64,000 bases of DNA from Nitrososphaerales archaeon (GCA_032906705.1 JAJTZC010000001.1:9464-73463), one strand, 5' to 3'. Positions 42,904-51,363 are shown, counted from the stretch's first letter. A program made the numbers and translations. Notes: generated by a model not told the origin, from the sequence alone.

Positions 42904-43365
42904 GTGCCCCTAAACGAAAGGATAACCAAAGTGGATGAATTCCGGGCCTGGACCGACAAGATTCCACTCCGTTACGAGTACACCGCGGGTGTAGCAGGGG
43001 AGAAGTTCCTCCGCGGGCTGCAAGAAGGGAAGATCCTTGCCGGGAAGTGCCCGAAGTGCGGGAAGAGCTTCCTGCCTCCCAAGATGTATTGTGTTGACTG
43101 TTTCGTTCCAATCAAGGAGTATAGGGAGGTCGGGCTCGAGGGGAGAGTGGGCGCCCTTACGGAGAGCCACGTAGACTTCAACGGAAACAAACTGGGCAGC
43201 CCAATCGCGATAGCCTTCGTCGCATTTGCTGGTGTGACCGGTGGGCTCATACACAGGGTCGAGGGGGAAGGTCTGAGGATAGGCACCAAGGTGGCGGCGA
43301 GGTTCGTACCGCGGCCGGCCAGAAAAGGTTCCCTTCTGGATATCGAGAAGTTCGTCCAGGCCTAG
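42904..43365 (+). CDS. DUF35 (zinc-ribbon plus OB-fold) protein 2
   Basis: GKCPKCGKSFLPPKMYCVDCF ribbon and an OB-like C-terminus. GTG start 4 nt after the upstream stop. Confidence 0.8.
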   Translation: MPLNERITKVDEFRAWTDKIPLRYEYTAGVAGEKFLRGLQEGKILAGKCPKCGKSFLPPKMYCVDCFVPIKEYREVGLEGRVGALTESHVDFNGNKLGSPIAIAFVAFAGVTGGLIHRVEGEGLRIGTKVAARFVPRPARKGSLLDIEKFVQA

Positions 43366-44288
43366 GGCTTCACGTAGGTCAACCAGTTCTGGTAGCGCTT
43401 GTTCTTGCCGTGGACTACTTCGGTGTAGAGCTTTTTCATCTTGTCGGCGACGGGATACGCGCCGTTTCCTATCTTCCGCCCATCGACCTCCGCGATCTTG
43501 GCCACGCCGGCGGCCGTGCCGGTGAAGAACAGTTCGTCGGAGGTGTAAAGCTCTTCCCTGGTCGAATCGTTCCTGTAGAATGTGATGCCAAGGTCGCGGG
43601 CGAATTGGATGATTGTGTCCCTGGTAATCCCCCTGAGGATGCCTGAGCTGGCAGGCGGGGTGCTCAACACATTGTCCTTCACTCGGAATATGTTCTCCCC
43701 GGGCCCTTCGGCCACCATCCCCACGCTGTTGAGTATGATCGCTTCGTCGTAGCCGCCCGCCATAGCTTCCATCTTTGCAAGAGCGGAGTTCGCGTAGTTC
43801 GCTGAGCATTTCGCCTGCGGCGGAAGCGCGCGGGAGTCCATGCGTACCCAGCTTGACACACTGGCTCTCACTCCCTTCGAGGACGCCTCCTCGCCGAGAT
43901 AGGCCCCCCACTCCCAAAGGGCTATTGCGACAGACACCTTGTTCTTGAGAGGGTTCAATCCCATGGCTCCGTATGAAGTGAATGCAAGCGGCCGGATGTA
44001 TGCCTCTGCAAGCCCGTCCTTTCGAACGAGTTCAATGCATGCCTCCGCGATTTCCTTCTGGGAGAAGCCGAGTTGCATGCGATAGATCTTTGCGCTGTTC
44101 AAGAAGCGTTCGAGGTGCGAGTCTAGCCTGAATATTGCTGGCCCCTTCTTTGTCGAAAAATACCGTATCCCCTCGAATATGGCCATTCCGTAGTGGAGAC
44201 CGTGTGTCAGCACGTGTATCTTCGCGTCGTCCCAGTCGACGAACTTCCCGTCCATCCAAATCTTGCTGAGCGCCTTCATGCGCGTCAA
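43362..44288 (-). CDS. ilvE: branched-chain amino acid aminotransferase
   Basis: IWMDGKFVDWDDAKIHVLTHGLHYGMAIFEGIRYF and overall class IV aminotransferase pattern. Confidence 0.9.
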   Translation of the reverse strand: MTRMKALSKIWMDGKFVDWDDAKIHVLTHGLHYGMAIFEGIRYFSTKKGPAIFRLDSHLERFLNSAKIYRMQLGFSQKEIAEACIELVRKDGLAEAYIRPLAFTSYGAMGLNPLKNKVSVAIALWEWGAYLGEEASSKGVRASVSSWVRMDSRALPPQAKCSANYANSALAKMEAMAGGYDEAIILNSVGMVAEGPGENIFRVKDNVLSTPPASSGILRGITRDTIIQFARDLGITFYRNDSTREELYTSDELFFTGTAAGVAKIAEVDGRKIGNGAYPVADKMKKLYTEVVHGKNKRYQNWLTYVKP

Positions 44289-44344
44289 TTCGTGGCCCGA
44301 ATTTCATGCTATTTAGACATAGAGTTTGGCTGCGATACGCGCCG

Positions 44345-44352
44345 TTTATTAT
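44345..44352 (+). promoter_or_regulatory. TATA-like box (TTTATTAT) 25 nt upstream of the thiolase ATG at 44377
   Basis: Read directly. Supports the shorter (392-aa) thiolase start. Confidence 0.4.
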
Positions 44353-44376
44353 CGAGCTGTGCCTGACTCGGCGACT

Positions 44377-45555
44377 ATGACCCGCCCTGTGATTCTTTCG
44401 GCCTGCCGGACAGGAATTGGCAAGTTCGGGCGGAGCCTCGTCAATGTCGCGGCGCCAAGGCTGGGCGCTGTCACGATTCGGGAAGCAATGAGGCGGGCTC
44501 GCGTCAGACCCGCGGAAGTCGATGAGGTCGTCATGGGGAACGTCGTCTCCGCCGGCCTCGGACAGAACCCCGCCAGGCAGGCAGCAATCTACGCCGGCGT
44601 CCCGACGTCCGTGGGAGCGTTCACGGTGAACAAGGTCTGCGGGTCAGGACTCAAGGCAGTCATGCTCGCCGCGCAGTCTGTGAAGGCAGGAGACAACGAA
44701 GTCGTTGTCGCGGGAGGAATGGAGAACATGAGCAACACGCCGTACCTTGTGAGGAACTTGAGGTGGGGGCTGAAGTACGGTCACGCAAAGCTCCTCGATT
44801 CTATGATTGTGGACGGCCTCTGGGACGCCTACAAGGACTACCATATGGGGGTGACCGGAGAGTTGATCGCAAAGAAATACCGGGTGACGCGGAAGGAGGC
44901 AGACGAGTTCGCCTACCAGAGCCATATGAGGGCTGCCAAGGCTTCCAAGAGCGGCAGGTTTGATGACGAAATCGTGAAGGTGGAGATTGAAAGGGAAGGC
45001 GGGGAGGTAGGTTCCTTCGGCGCGGACGAATGCGTAAGACCGGACACGACGTTGGAGAAGCTCTCGAAGCTCAGACCAGTCTTCAAGGAAGGCGGAGTCC
45101 TGACGGCCGGGAACTCGTCCCAGCTCAGCGACGGCGCTTCCGCTCTGGTTGTTGCCACGGAGGAGGCCGCGGAGAGGCTGGGGGTCAAGCCGCTGGCAAG
45201 AATCAAGGCGTACGGGACCGGAGGACTGGCTCCGGAGCGGGTGATGGAGGCCCCGATCCCGACCACCAAGGCCCTGCTCAAGAGGGTCAAGATGGACGCG
45301 GGCGACATCGACCTTTTCGAGCACAACGAAGCGTACTCGACCGCATCAATCGCGGTCCGAAGGGCGTTGGGAATCGATGATGACAGGTTCAACGTGAACG
45401 GCGGGGCCGTGGCTCTGGGTCACCCGATAGGCTGCAGCGGCTCCCGAGTCCTGACCACGCTGATCTACGAAATGCGCAGGAGCGGGAAGAGGACTGGCCT
45501 CGCAACCCTCTGCCTCGGCGGGGGCAACGCAGTGTCTATGATCGTTGAGAGGTAG
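44377..45555 (+). CDS. acetyl-CoA C-acetyltransferase (canonical thiolase II)
   Basis: VNKVCGSGLKAVMLAAQSVKAG (nucleophile Cys), NGGAVALGHPIGCSGSR (His, Cys) and CLGGGNAVSMIVER. Confidence 0.9.
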   Translation: MTRPVILSACRTGIGKFGRSLVNVAAPRLGAVTIREAMRRARVRPAEVDEVVMGNVVSAGLGQNPARQAAIYAGVPTSVGAFTVNKVCGSGLKAVMLAAQSVKAGDNEVVVAGGMENMSNTPYLVRNLRWGLKYGHAKLLDSMIVDGLWDAYKDYHMGVTGELIAKKYRVTRKEADEFAYQSHMRAAKASKSGRFDDEIVKVEIEREGGEVGSFGADECVRPDTTLEKLSKLRPVFKEGGVLTAGNSSQLSDGASALVVATEEAAERLGVKPLARIKAYGTGGLAPERVMEAPIPTTKALLKRVKMDAGDIDLFEHNEAYSTASIAVRRALGIDDDRFNVNGGAVALGHPIGCSGSRVLTTLIYEMRRSGKRTGLATLCLGGGNAVSMIVER

Positions 45556-47227
45556 GCTCTCTGAGCTTTCGCCGGAGGACCTTACCTATGAGCGTCTTCG
45601 GCAGGTCTGGGACGAACTCGACCCTCTTTGGGACCTTGAACTTCGCCAGCTTGGGGGAGCAGAACTCGATGACCTCCTTCTCCGAGACCTTCGCGGTTGG
45701 GTCTTTCAACACCACGTATGCCCTCACGACCTCCCCGCTGAAGCTGTCCGGCATGCCGATGACCGCAGCCTCCTTGATTGCCGGATGCTCGAAGAGGACC
45801 TCTTCCACCTCCCTGGGATAGACCTTCATCCCCCCGACGTTAATCATGTCCTTCTTGCGGTCGACGATGAAGAAATATCCTTCCTCGTCCATCTTTCCGA
45901 TGTCGCCGGTCAGAAGCCAGCCATTGTGCAGGGCCAACCGAGACTCGCCGTCCATCTTCCAATACCCTTTCATCACTTGGGGCCCCTTCACCGCCAGCTC
46001 GCCGATTTCGCCTGTCTTCAGGATCTTGTCCGGGTTGTCCAAGTCTACCACGGTGACGTCGGTCTCCGGGAAGGGCAGTCCTATGGACCCGTCTTTGACC
46101 TTCCCGTCGCGGACTGGGTTGCAATGAGTGACCGGGCTCGCCTCCGAGAGCCCGTACCCCTCGACAAGGTTGCCGCCAGTCAGCTCGATGAACTTCTTCC
46201 TTACAGCAACCGGCAGTGCCGCTCCCCCAGAGATGCACGCCCTCACAGAACGGAGGTTGAAGTGCTTGACCTTCGGATTGTTGATTATTGCCACGTACAT
46301 CGCGGGGACCGCGCAGAAGCTTGTCACCCGCTGCTTCTCTATGGTCTTCATGACTTCCTCGACGTGGAACTGCGGGAGCAGGACGATTCGGGCCCCCGCG
46401 CTGAGAGGCGCGTTCATTGTTGCAGTGATTCCATAGATGTGGTAGAGCGGCAGGACTGCCAGAGCGACGTCGGACTCCGTGACAGGGAGCGCCATCGCAG
46501 TGTAGATGGCGTTCGAGTAGAGATTGTAATGGGTGAGCATCGCCCCCTTCGATACGCCGGTCGTCCCGCCGGTGTACTGGAGGAGGGCCAGGTCGTTCAG
46601 CGGGTCGACTTCGGGCCTCGCCTCCAGCGGCCCATGTGTCCTAATCAATGAAACAAAGTCCTCGGTGTTGGGTCTTGCAACGTTGCGCACCCTGGCCAGC
46701 CTGGCCAGCCTCTTCTTCAAGGGAGGAAGGTAGTCTGTGACGCTCGTCGAGATCACGTGCGGGAGGTCGAGTCTTCCTCTGCAGCTTGCAAGGCTCAGGA
46801 AGAGGTCGTTCCCCTTCACGACATCTCTTGCCGCTATCACAATCGAGCTCCCAGAGTCCCTTAGCTGGTGCTCGAGTTCCCTCTCCTTATACAGCGGGCT
46901 GCACGTGACCACCACCCCGCCGGCCATGAGTATCCCGAAGTACGCGATGACGAACTGGGGGATATTGGGTAGGAAGATCGCGACCCTGTCGCCCCTCTTC
47001 AGCCCGAGCGAAACTAGGGCGGAAGCGAACCTGGACGCCAGATCGTCAACCCTGCCGTAGGTTATTTCCCTTCCCTGGTAGTGGAGGCAGACGGCGTCAG
47101 GGTGCTTCGCCGCTGAATCCGTAAGGAGGGCGTAGAGCGGTTTCCTCTCGATGATTGTATCCGGGTTGAACTGCTTGGGCCAGGACTTCAGCCAAGGACG
47201 TTCTACTTGCAAAGCCCGACGTTCCAT
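45536..47227 (-). CDS. long/medium-chain fatty acid-CoA ligase
   Basis: Starts at MERRALQVERPWLKSWPKQ. LQYTGGTTGVSKGA AMP-binding motif and GWLLTGDIGKMDEEGYFFIVDRKKD. The upstream 86 aa of the longest ORF are Arg/Pro-rich and were rejected. Confidence 0.85.
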   Translation of the reverse strand: MERRALQVERPWLKSWPKQFNPDTIIERKPLYALLTDSAAKHPDAVCLHYQGREITYGRVDDLASRFASALVSLGLKRGDRVAIFLPNIPQFVIAYFGILMAGGVVVTCSPLYKERELEHQLRDSGSSIVIAARDVVKGNDLFLSLASCRGRLDLPHVISTSVTDYLPPLKKRLARLARVRNVARPNTEDFVSLIRTHGPLEARPEVDPLNDLALLQYTGGTTGVSKGAMLTHYNLYSNAIYTAMALPVTESDVALAVLPLYHIYGITATMNAPLSAGARIVLLPQFHVEEVMKTIEKQRVTSFCAVPAMYVAIINNPKVKHFNLRSVRACISGGAALPVAVRKKFIELTGGNLVEGYGLSEASPVTHCNPVRDGKVKDGSIGLPFPETDVTVVDLDNPDKILKTGEIGELAVKGPQVMKGYWKMDGESRLALHNGWLLTGDIGKMDEEGYFFIVDRKKDMINVGGMKVYPREVEEVLFEHPAIKEAAVIGMPDSFSGEVVRAYVVLKDPTAKVSEKEVIEFCSPKLAKFKVPKRVEFVPDLPKTLIGKVLRRKLREPTSQRS

Positions 47228-47319
47228 CGCAGGCGCGTCATCCCTTAAGCGTATCTGCCCGGCCCTTGAAAGTGTGAGAATCGGCTCTAACCTTAAGTAT
47301 CGTCGGCTGAAGTTCGGGC

Positions 47320-48453
47320 TTGTCGAATTTGGCCGCCCAGCCTGAAAGGTACATCGTGCTTTGCGTGGACAGGGACGACGACCTCGGAGTGAAGGCAAAG
47401 GTCCCGAGTCCCGTGGTCGGAAGGGACGCGGTCGTTGCGGCAGCGACCAAGCTCGCCCTCGCCGACCCGGAGGAGGCTGACGCAAACGCGGTTTTTGCCT
47501 CCGTGAAGAAGTATGACGAACTCGTCGCAGAGGGAATCGCGTGCGATGTCGCAGTGGTCTGCGGGAACAAGGAGAGGGGCTTCGCTGCAGACAGGAAGGT
47601 GAGGAAGGAAGTTGAGGGGCTGCTGAAGGAACTGGAGTTTGTCGGGATAGTCTTCGTGTCGGACGGGGGCGACGATGAACAGGTCATGCCCATACTACAG
47701 AACATCAAACCGATAGTCTCGGTGGAAAGGGTCGCTGTCAAGTACAGCCAGACTGTTGAAGAAACCTACCTGGTGCTGGGCAGGTACCTTAGGATGCTCG
47801 TCTTCGACCCCAGGTATTCCCGGTGGTCGCTCGGCGTGCCAGGGATCATCCTGCTCCTTGCGGGGATCCTCGTCGTTACAAACAACCTGCTGGCGGCCCA
47901 GCTCGCGACTCTGCTGATAATCGGAGGTGCTGCCTTCGTTCGCGGGTTCAGCCTTGACAGGACCATCGCCGGGCTTCTGAGCAGGAGCCCCTACGGCTAC
48001 ATCAGGCTCTTCTCCGCGGTCACTGGGCTGCTCGTGATCCTCGTGGCCCTCACGTCGGGCTTTGACTTCATGGAGGCGCAGGCAGGCAACCTTGTCGCCC
48101 AGGTCTCGGCCCAGCCTTCGCTCTTCCTCACCTACGGTTCAGCGCTGACGGGCTACTTCATCAGCGGCTCTCTTCTGCTCGTATGGGCTGGCGTCGCCAT
48201 CGGCGCGGTGGGGTCCCTCCTTTCGCATGTAGCCAGGGACAGCGCGCGTTGGAGGCGAGATGCCTTCGTCCTGGTGATGCTGGCGCTGCTTTACTTCCCG
48301 GTTGACACCTTCTCGGCGTTCCTGATAAGAGGTCAGAGCGAGTCCACTTTCCTGCTCGTCTCATACGTCCTTCTCGGGCTCGCTATGATATTCGGACTCA
48401 CAGTCGCAGTCTACCCGCGAGTCAGGATAAGACCGGCGGCTGAACGGGAGTAG
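47320..48453 (+). CDS. DUF373-family archaeal membrane protein
   Basis: YIVLCVDRDDDLGVKAKVPSPVVGRDAVVAAATKLALADPEEADANAVFASVKKYDEL...VSDGGDDEQVMPILQ pattern plus C-terminal TM helices. Confidence 0.65.
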   Translation: MSNLAAQPERYIVLCVDRDDDLGVKAKVPSPVVGRDAVVAAATKLALADPEEADANAVFASVKKYDELVAEGIACDVAVVCGNKERGFAADRKVRKEVEGLLKELEFVGIVFVSDGGDDEQVMPILQNIKPIVSVERVAVKYSQTVEETYLVLGRYLRMLVFDPRYSRWSLGVPGIILLLAGILVVTNNLLAAQLATLLIIGGAAFVRGFSLDRTIAGLLSRSPYGYIRLFSAVTGLLVILVALTSGFDFMEAQAGNLVAQVSAQPSLFLTYGSALTGYFISGSLLLVWAGVAIGAVGSLLSHVARDSARWRRDAFVLVMLALLYFPVDTFSAFLIRGQSESTFLLVSYVLLGLAMIFGLTVAVYPRVRIRPAAERE

Positions 48454-48458
48454 CCGCA

Positions 48459-49241
48459 ATGCTGGAGTCGGTGCTGCGCCTCTTCGGCGCATACAAGGTC
48501 TACGAGGGCAGGTTGAAGTCCCAGATCGGGAGGGGAGACGTACCGAGCCACGTAGGAATCATCCTGGACGGAAACCGGCGGTGGGCTGCGAGTCAAGGGA
48601 TTGCACTCGGGCTCGGCCACGAGAAGGGGGCCGAAAGGGCAGAGGAGCTGCTCGACTGGTGCCACGAGCTGAAGATCAAGACAGTCACGCTCTATGTGCT
48701 CTCGACCGAGAACCTCGACAGGCCGCCCGAAGAGCTCGTAGACCTCCTGTCGCTCATAGAGGCGAGGCTCGACAAGCTGCTCAGAGACGAGCGGATCTAC
48801 AGGTACAATGTCAAGGTGAAGGCGATAGGTCAGCTCGACCTCCTGCCTGGATCGATCAGGCGCCTTCTGGATGAGATAGAGAAACGGACAGCTCAGTTCG
48901 ACGAACACTACCTCAACATAGCCGTCGCGTACGGCGGAAGGGCGGAGATACGTGACATGGTCAAAGCGGTTGCCCAAGACGTGAAGGCCGGAATCCTCTC
49001 CCCCGACCAGATTACGGAAGAGACGATTGAAAGGAAGCTGTACACCTCGTACCTGCCCAAGCAGGAACCTGACCTGATCATTAGGACCTCCGGAGAAGAG
49101 CGGATGAGCGGGTTCATGCTCTGGCAGGGGGCCTACTCCGAGCTAGTCTTCGTTGACGTCTTCTGGCCCGACTTCCGCTTCATAGACTTGATGAGGGCCA
49201 TTAGGACGTACCAGAGAAGGCACCGAAGACACGGCAGGTAG
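48459..49241 (+). CDS. uppS: cis-prenyltransferase (undecaprenyl/di-trans,poly-cis-polyprenyl diphosphate synthase)
   Basis: PSHVGIILDGNRRWA, TLYVLSTENLDRP and IRTSGEERMSGFMLWQ motifs. Confidence 0.9.
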   Translation: MLESVLRLFGAYKVYEGRLKSQIGRGDVPSHVGIILDGNRRWAASQGIALGLGHEKGAERAEELLDWCHELKIKTVTLYVLSTENLDRPPEELVDLLSLIEARLDKLLRDERIYRYNVKVKAIGQLDLLPGSIRRLLDEIEKRTAQFDEHYLNIAVAYGGRAEIRDMVKAVAQDVKAGILSPDQITEETIERKLYTSYLPKQEPDLIIRTSGEERMSGFMLWQGAYSELVFVDVFWPDFRFIDLMRAIRTYQRRHRRHGR

Positions 49242-49281
49242 CAAGAACTGTTAAATCGAGTCGGGCTGGGGGATTCACGCT

Positions 49282-49767
49282 TTGAAGGTCAATCTCGGTA
49301 CCCTGAAGGACAAGGGGGATGAGCTGGTGACGTTCCTGGAACCCAGGGTCGGAACCAAGCCGAGCGTCTCCGGGGGAGTGCTCGAGATAGACGACGCAGG
49401 CCTAAGGGCGGGCGTCAAACCGAGACACGTGAAGACCTACATCAAGAGGTTCCTGTACACCAACAAGCTGAGGAAGAACTACAGGGTCTTCGTGGCTGGG
49501 CGTGAGTTGACCGTCCAGGAGCTCGAGCTGGGCGAGAGGGAGGAAGAGGAGAGGGAGAAGGTGAAGGAGAAGCTCGAGGAGGCAGAGAAGGAGCAGAAGG
49601 AAGAGAGGGAGGGTCAGGAACAGAAGAAGGCCGAGGAAGAGAAGACGGGTGCCTCGGAGAAGGGAGCGGCCAAGAAGAGTCCAGAGAAGAAGGAACCCAA
49701 GAAGGAGAAGAAGCCGAAGGCGCCTGCCAAGCCCAAGGCGAAGAAAGAAGACGGCTCCAAGGACTAG
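49282..49767 (+). CDS. eL22-like small protein with ~80-aa Glu/Lys-rich tail
   Basis: The first ~80 aa are collinear with eukaryotic ribosomal protein eL22 (FLEPRV...SGGVLEI...KTYIKRFLYTNKLRKNYRVFVAG.RELTVQEL versus FLQERI...GGGVVTI...[32 protein letters not shown]), then an acidic/basic tail. TTG start. Confidence 0.5.
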   Translation: MKVNLGTLKDKGDELVTFLEPRVGTKPSVSGGVLEIDDAGLRAGVKPRHVKTYIKRFLYTNKLRKNYRVFVAGRELTVQELELGEREEEEREKVKEKLEEAEKEQKEEREGQEQKKAEEEKTGASEKGAAKKSPEKKEPKKEKKPKAPAKPKAKKEDGSKD

Positions 49768-50219
49768 GCTCTGACCTTTCGCAGCCGCTCGCGACGCTTC
49801 CGCTTCAAGAGTGTCCTCAGGTAGTTTCGTGCCTCACGAAGCGCCTTCAGGGAAGCTGCGAGATGCCCAGCCTCGAAGCGCTCGATTGACTCGCGCAGGT
49901 TCCGAAGCGCGAAACCAACGGCCTGTCGTTCATCAGGTACAACGTAGTGCTTCGAGTTGATGAAACGTCCGGGGTTCTCCTCGTCCAACTCTACCTTGAC
50001 GAAGACAACGCTCTTCTCCACGAGGAGGTAAGCCTCCCAGAGCGTGCGGAGCTGCTCACCAGTCAGCTCGCCCGCGATGGAGGATACGAGCGACTCCAGG
50101 TTGTCCCGCGCATGCCTCAAGTCGTTCTTCGTTTCATCCTGCCAGCTTGAATCGACGCCAGTGTTTGCAGTCATGATGTCGGAGTCATCCTCGACTGTAA
50201 CCAGATTTATAACGGACAC
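49764..50219 (-). CDS. hypothetical helical protein with basic C-terminus
   Basis: 151-aa ORF. No family recognised. Confidence 0.45.
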   Translation of the reverse strand: MSVINLVTVEDDSDIMTANTGVDSSWQDETKNDLRHARDNLESLVSSIAGELTGEQLRTLWEAYLLVEKSVVFVKVELDEENPGRFINSKHYVVPDERQAVGFALRNLRESIERFEAGHLAASLKALREARNYLRTLLKRKRRERLRKVRA

Positions 50220-50233
50220 GAATCGGGCGAAGT

Positions 50234-50917
50234 TTGATGCCCAAGAAGGACGAGCCGAGCCTCAGCGGGGCGTGCTTCGTGAAACTTGAATCGCTTGTCG
50301 ACCTCGGGAGGCTCTCGTGCTTCCAGGAGCGGGCACCCTTCCCCCTGTTCGCAATCAAGAAGGACGGTAACACGTGGATAGCTGCACAGGCTGACCTCTT
50401 CATGGGCGTGCCTGTATTCTACTACGCGGAAACCTCTGAAAACGGCGAGTTCCTTGCCTACAGGAAGGGGCCAGACGGCGAGGAAGTCAAGCTGCTCGAA
50501 GGGGCAAACAACGCGTCGTTCCTCTACGCGCCCATCATCAAGGCGGTGAGACTCCCGAGCCGCCTCGACCCGAGGAAGGATTTCCCCGACAGGTTCATGG
50601 CGATGGAGGTCCGCGACCTCCAGAGCCTGGCCAAGGTTGCGACCTACAAGATGTTCTTCGAGGAGCCTCCCCTGCCCCTCTTCGCGTTCAAGACCGGGGA
50701 CTCCTGGGTGATCGGGACGTTTGCGAGGATAGACGACTATGAGGAGGCGTCGATCTTCTTCTACTGGAAGACAAAGGAGCAGCCGAATTCGGGCTTCGTC
50801 CGCTACAAACCGGACAAGATCGGAGACACGGGGTTCGTGTCGAAGACCGACGAGCACGGATACAACTACGTGAAGGTCGTGAAGTTGGCCGAGAAGCACC
50901 CGCTGGTCGAGCTCTAG
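50234..50917 (+). CDS. unknown protein built from two homologous ~100-aa repeats
   Basis: ERAPFPLFAIKKDGNTWIAAQ...VPVFYYAETSENGEFLAYRKGPDGEE versus EEPPLPLFAFKTGDSWVIGTF...ASIFFYWKTKEQPNSGFVRYKPDKIGD. Confidence 0.55.
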   Translation: MMPKKDEPSLSGACFVKLESLVDLGRLSCFQERAPFPLFAIKKDGNTWIAAQADLFMGVPVFYYAETSENGEFLAYRKGPDGEEVKLLEGANNASFLYAPIIKAVRLPSRLDPRKDFPDRFMAMEVRDLQSLAKVATYKMFFEEPPLPLFAFKTGDSWVIGTFARIDDYEEASIFFYWKTKEQPNSGFVRYKPDKIGDTGFVSKTDEHGYNYVKVVKLAEKHPLVEL

Positions 50918-51363
50918 GCCGCCCGCACATCTGACTTCATGTTTTCTAGGAACGTATCCGCCTCCCTCAGAGTGGCTTTCGAATTGTCATAGCTCGCCTT
51001 CTTGAGCGCCTCCCCGAAGGTGAACCAGCCGAAGGCCTGGTGCTCCGCGGAAATGGTGACCTTCTCCTCAGCTGTCCTTGCCAGGAGGAAGACCACCCGC
51101 TTGTGAACGTTCCTGCCGCTCCTCCTGTAGAAGTATTCGATCACTTTCCTAAAGCCAGGCACGATTGAGATCCCCCCAAGCCCAGTCTCCTCCCGCACCT
51201 CTCTCAAGACCGTCTGGAGCTCGTCCTCCCCTTTCTCCATGTTCCCCTTCGGGAAGTCCCACTTCCCCGCGTTCAGCAACAAGACGTAGAGCCGGCTGCT
51301 CCTTTCGCTGAAGACGACGGCTCCCGCAGACCGCTCTTCCACGTGCCCAGCGTGCCACGGCAC
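50914..51363 (-). CDS. NUDIX hydrolase
   Basis: Nudix box GKWDFPKGNMEKGEDELQTVLREVREETGL. Confidence 0.8.
   Translation of the reverse strand: MPWHAGHVEERSAGAVVFSERSSRLYVLLLNAGKWDFPKGNMEKGEDELQTVLREVREETGLGGISIVPGFRKVIEYFYRRSGRNVHKRVVFLLARTAEEKVTISAEHQAFGWFTFGEALKKASYDNSKATLREADTFLENMKSDVRAA

Noticed and set aside
42910-43917. 335-aa ORF on the - strand
   Set aside because: It overlaps DUF35-2 (antisense) and ilvE (alternative frame), both with clear family signatures, and is Arg/Gly/Pro-rich.
45545-46651. 368-aa ORF on the + strand
   Set aside because: It is antisense to the well-supported acyl-CoA ligase gene, with Arg/Leu/Asp/Pro-rich artefact-like composition.
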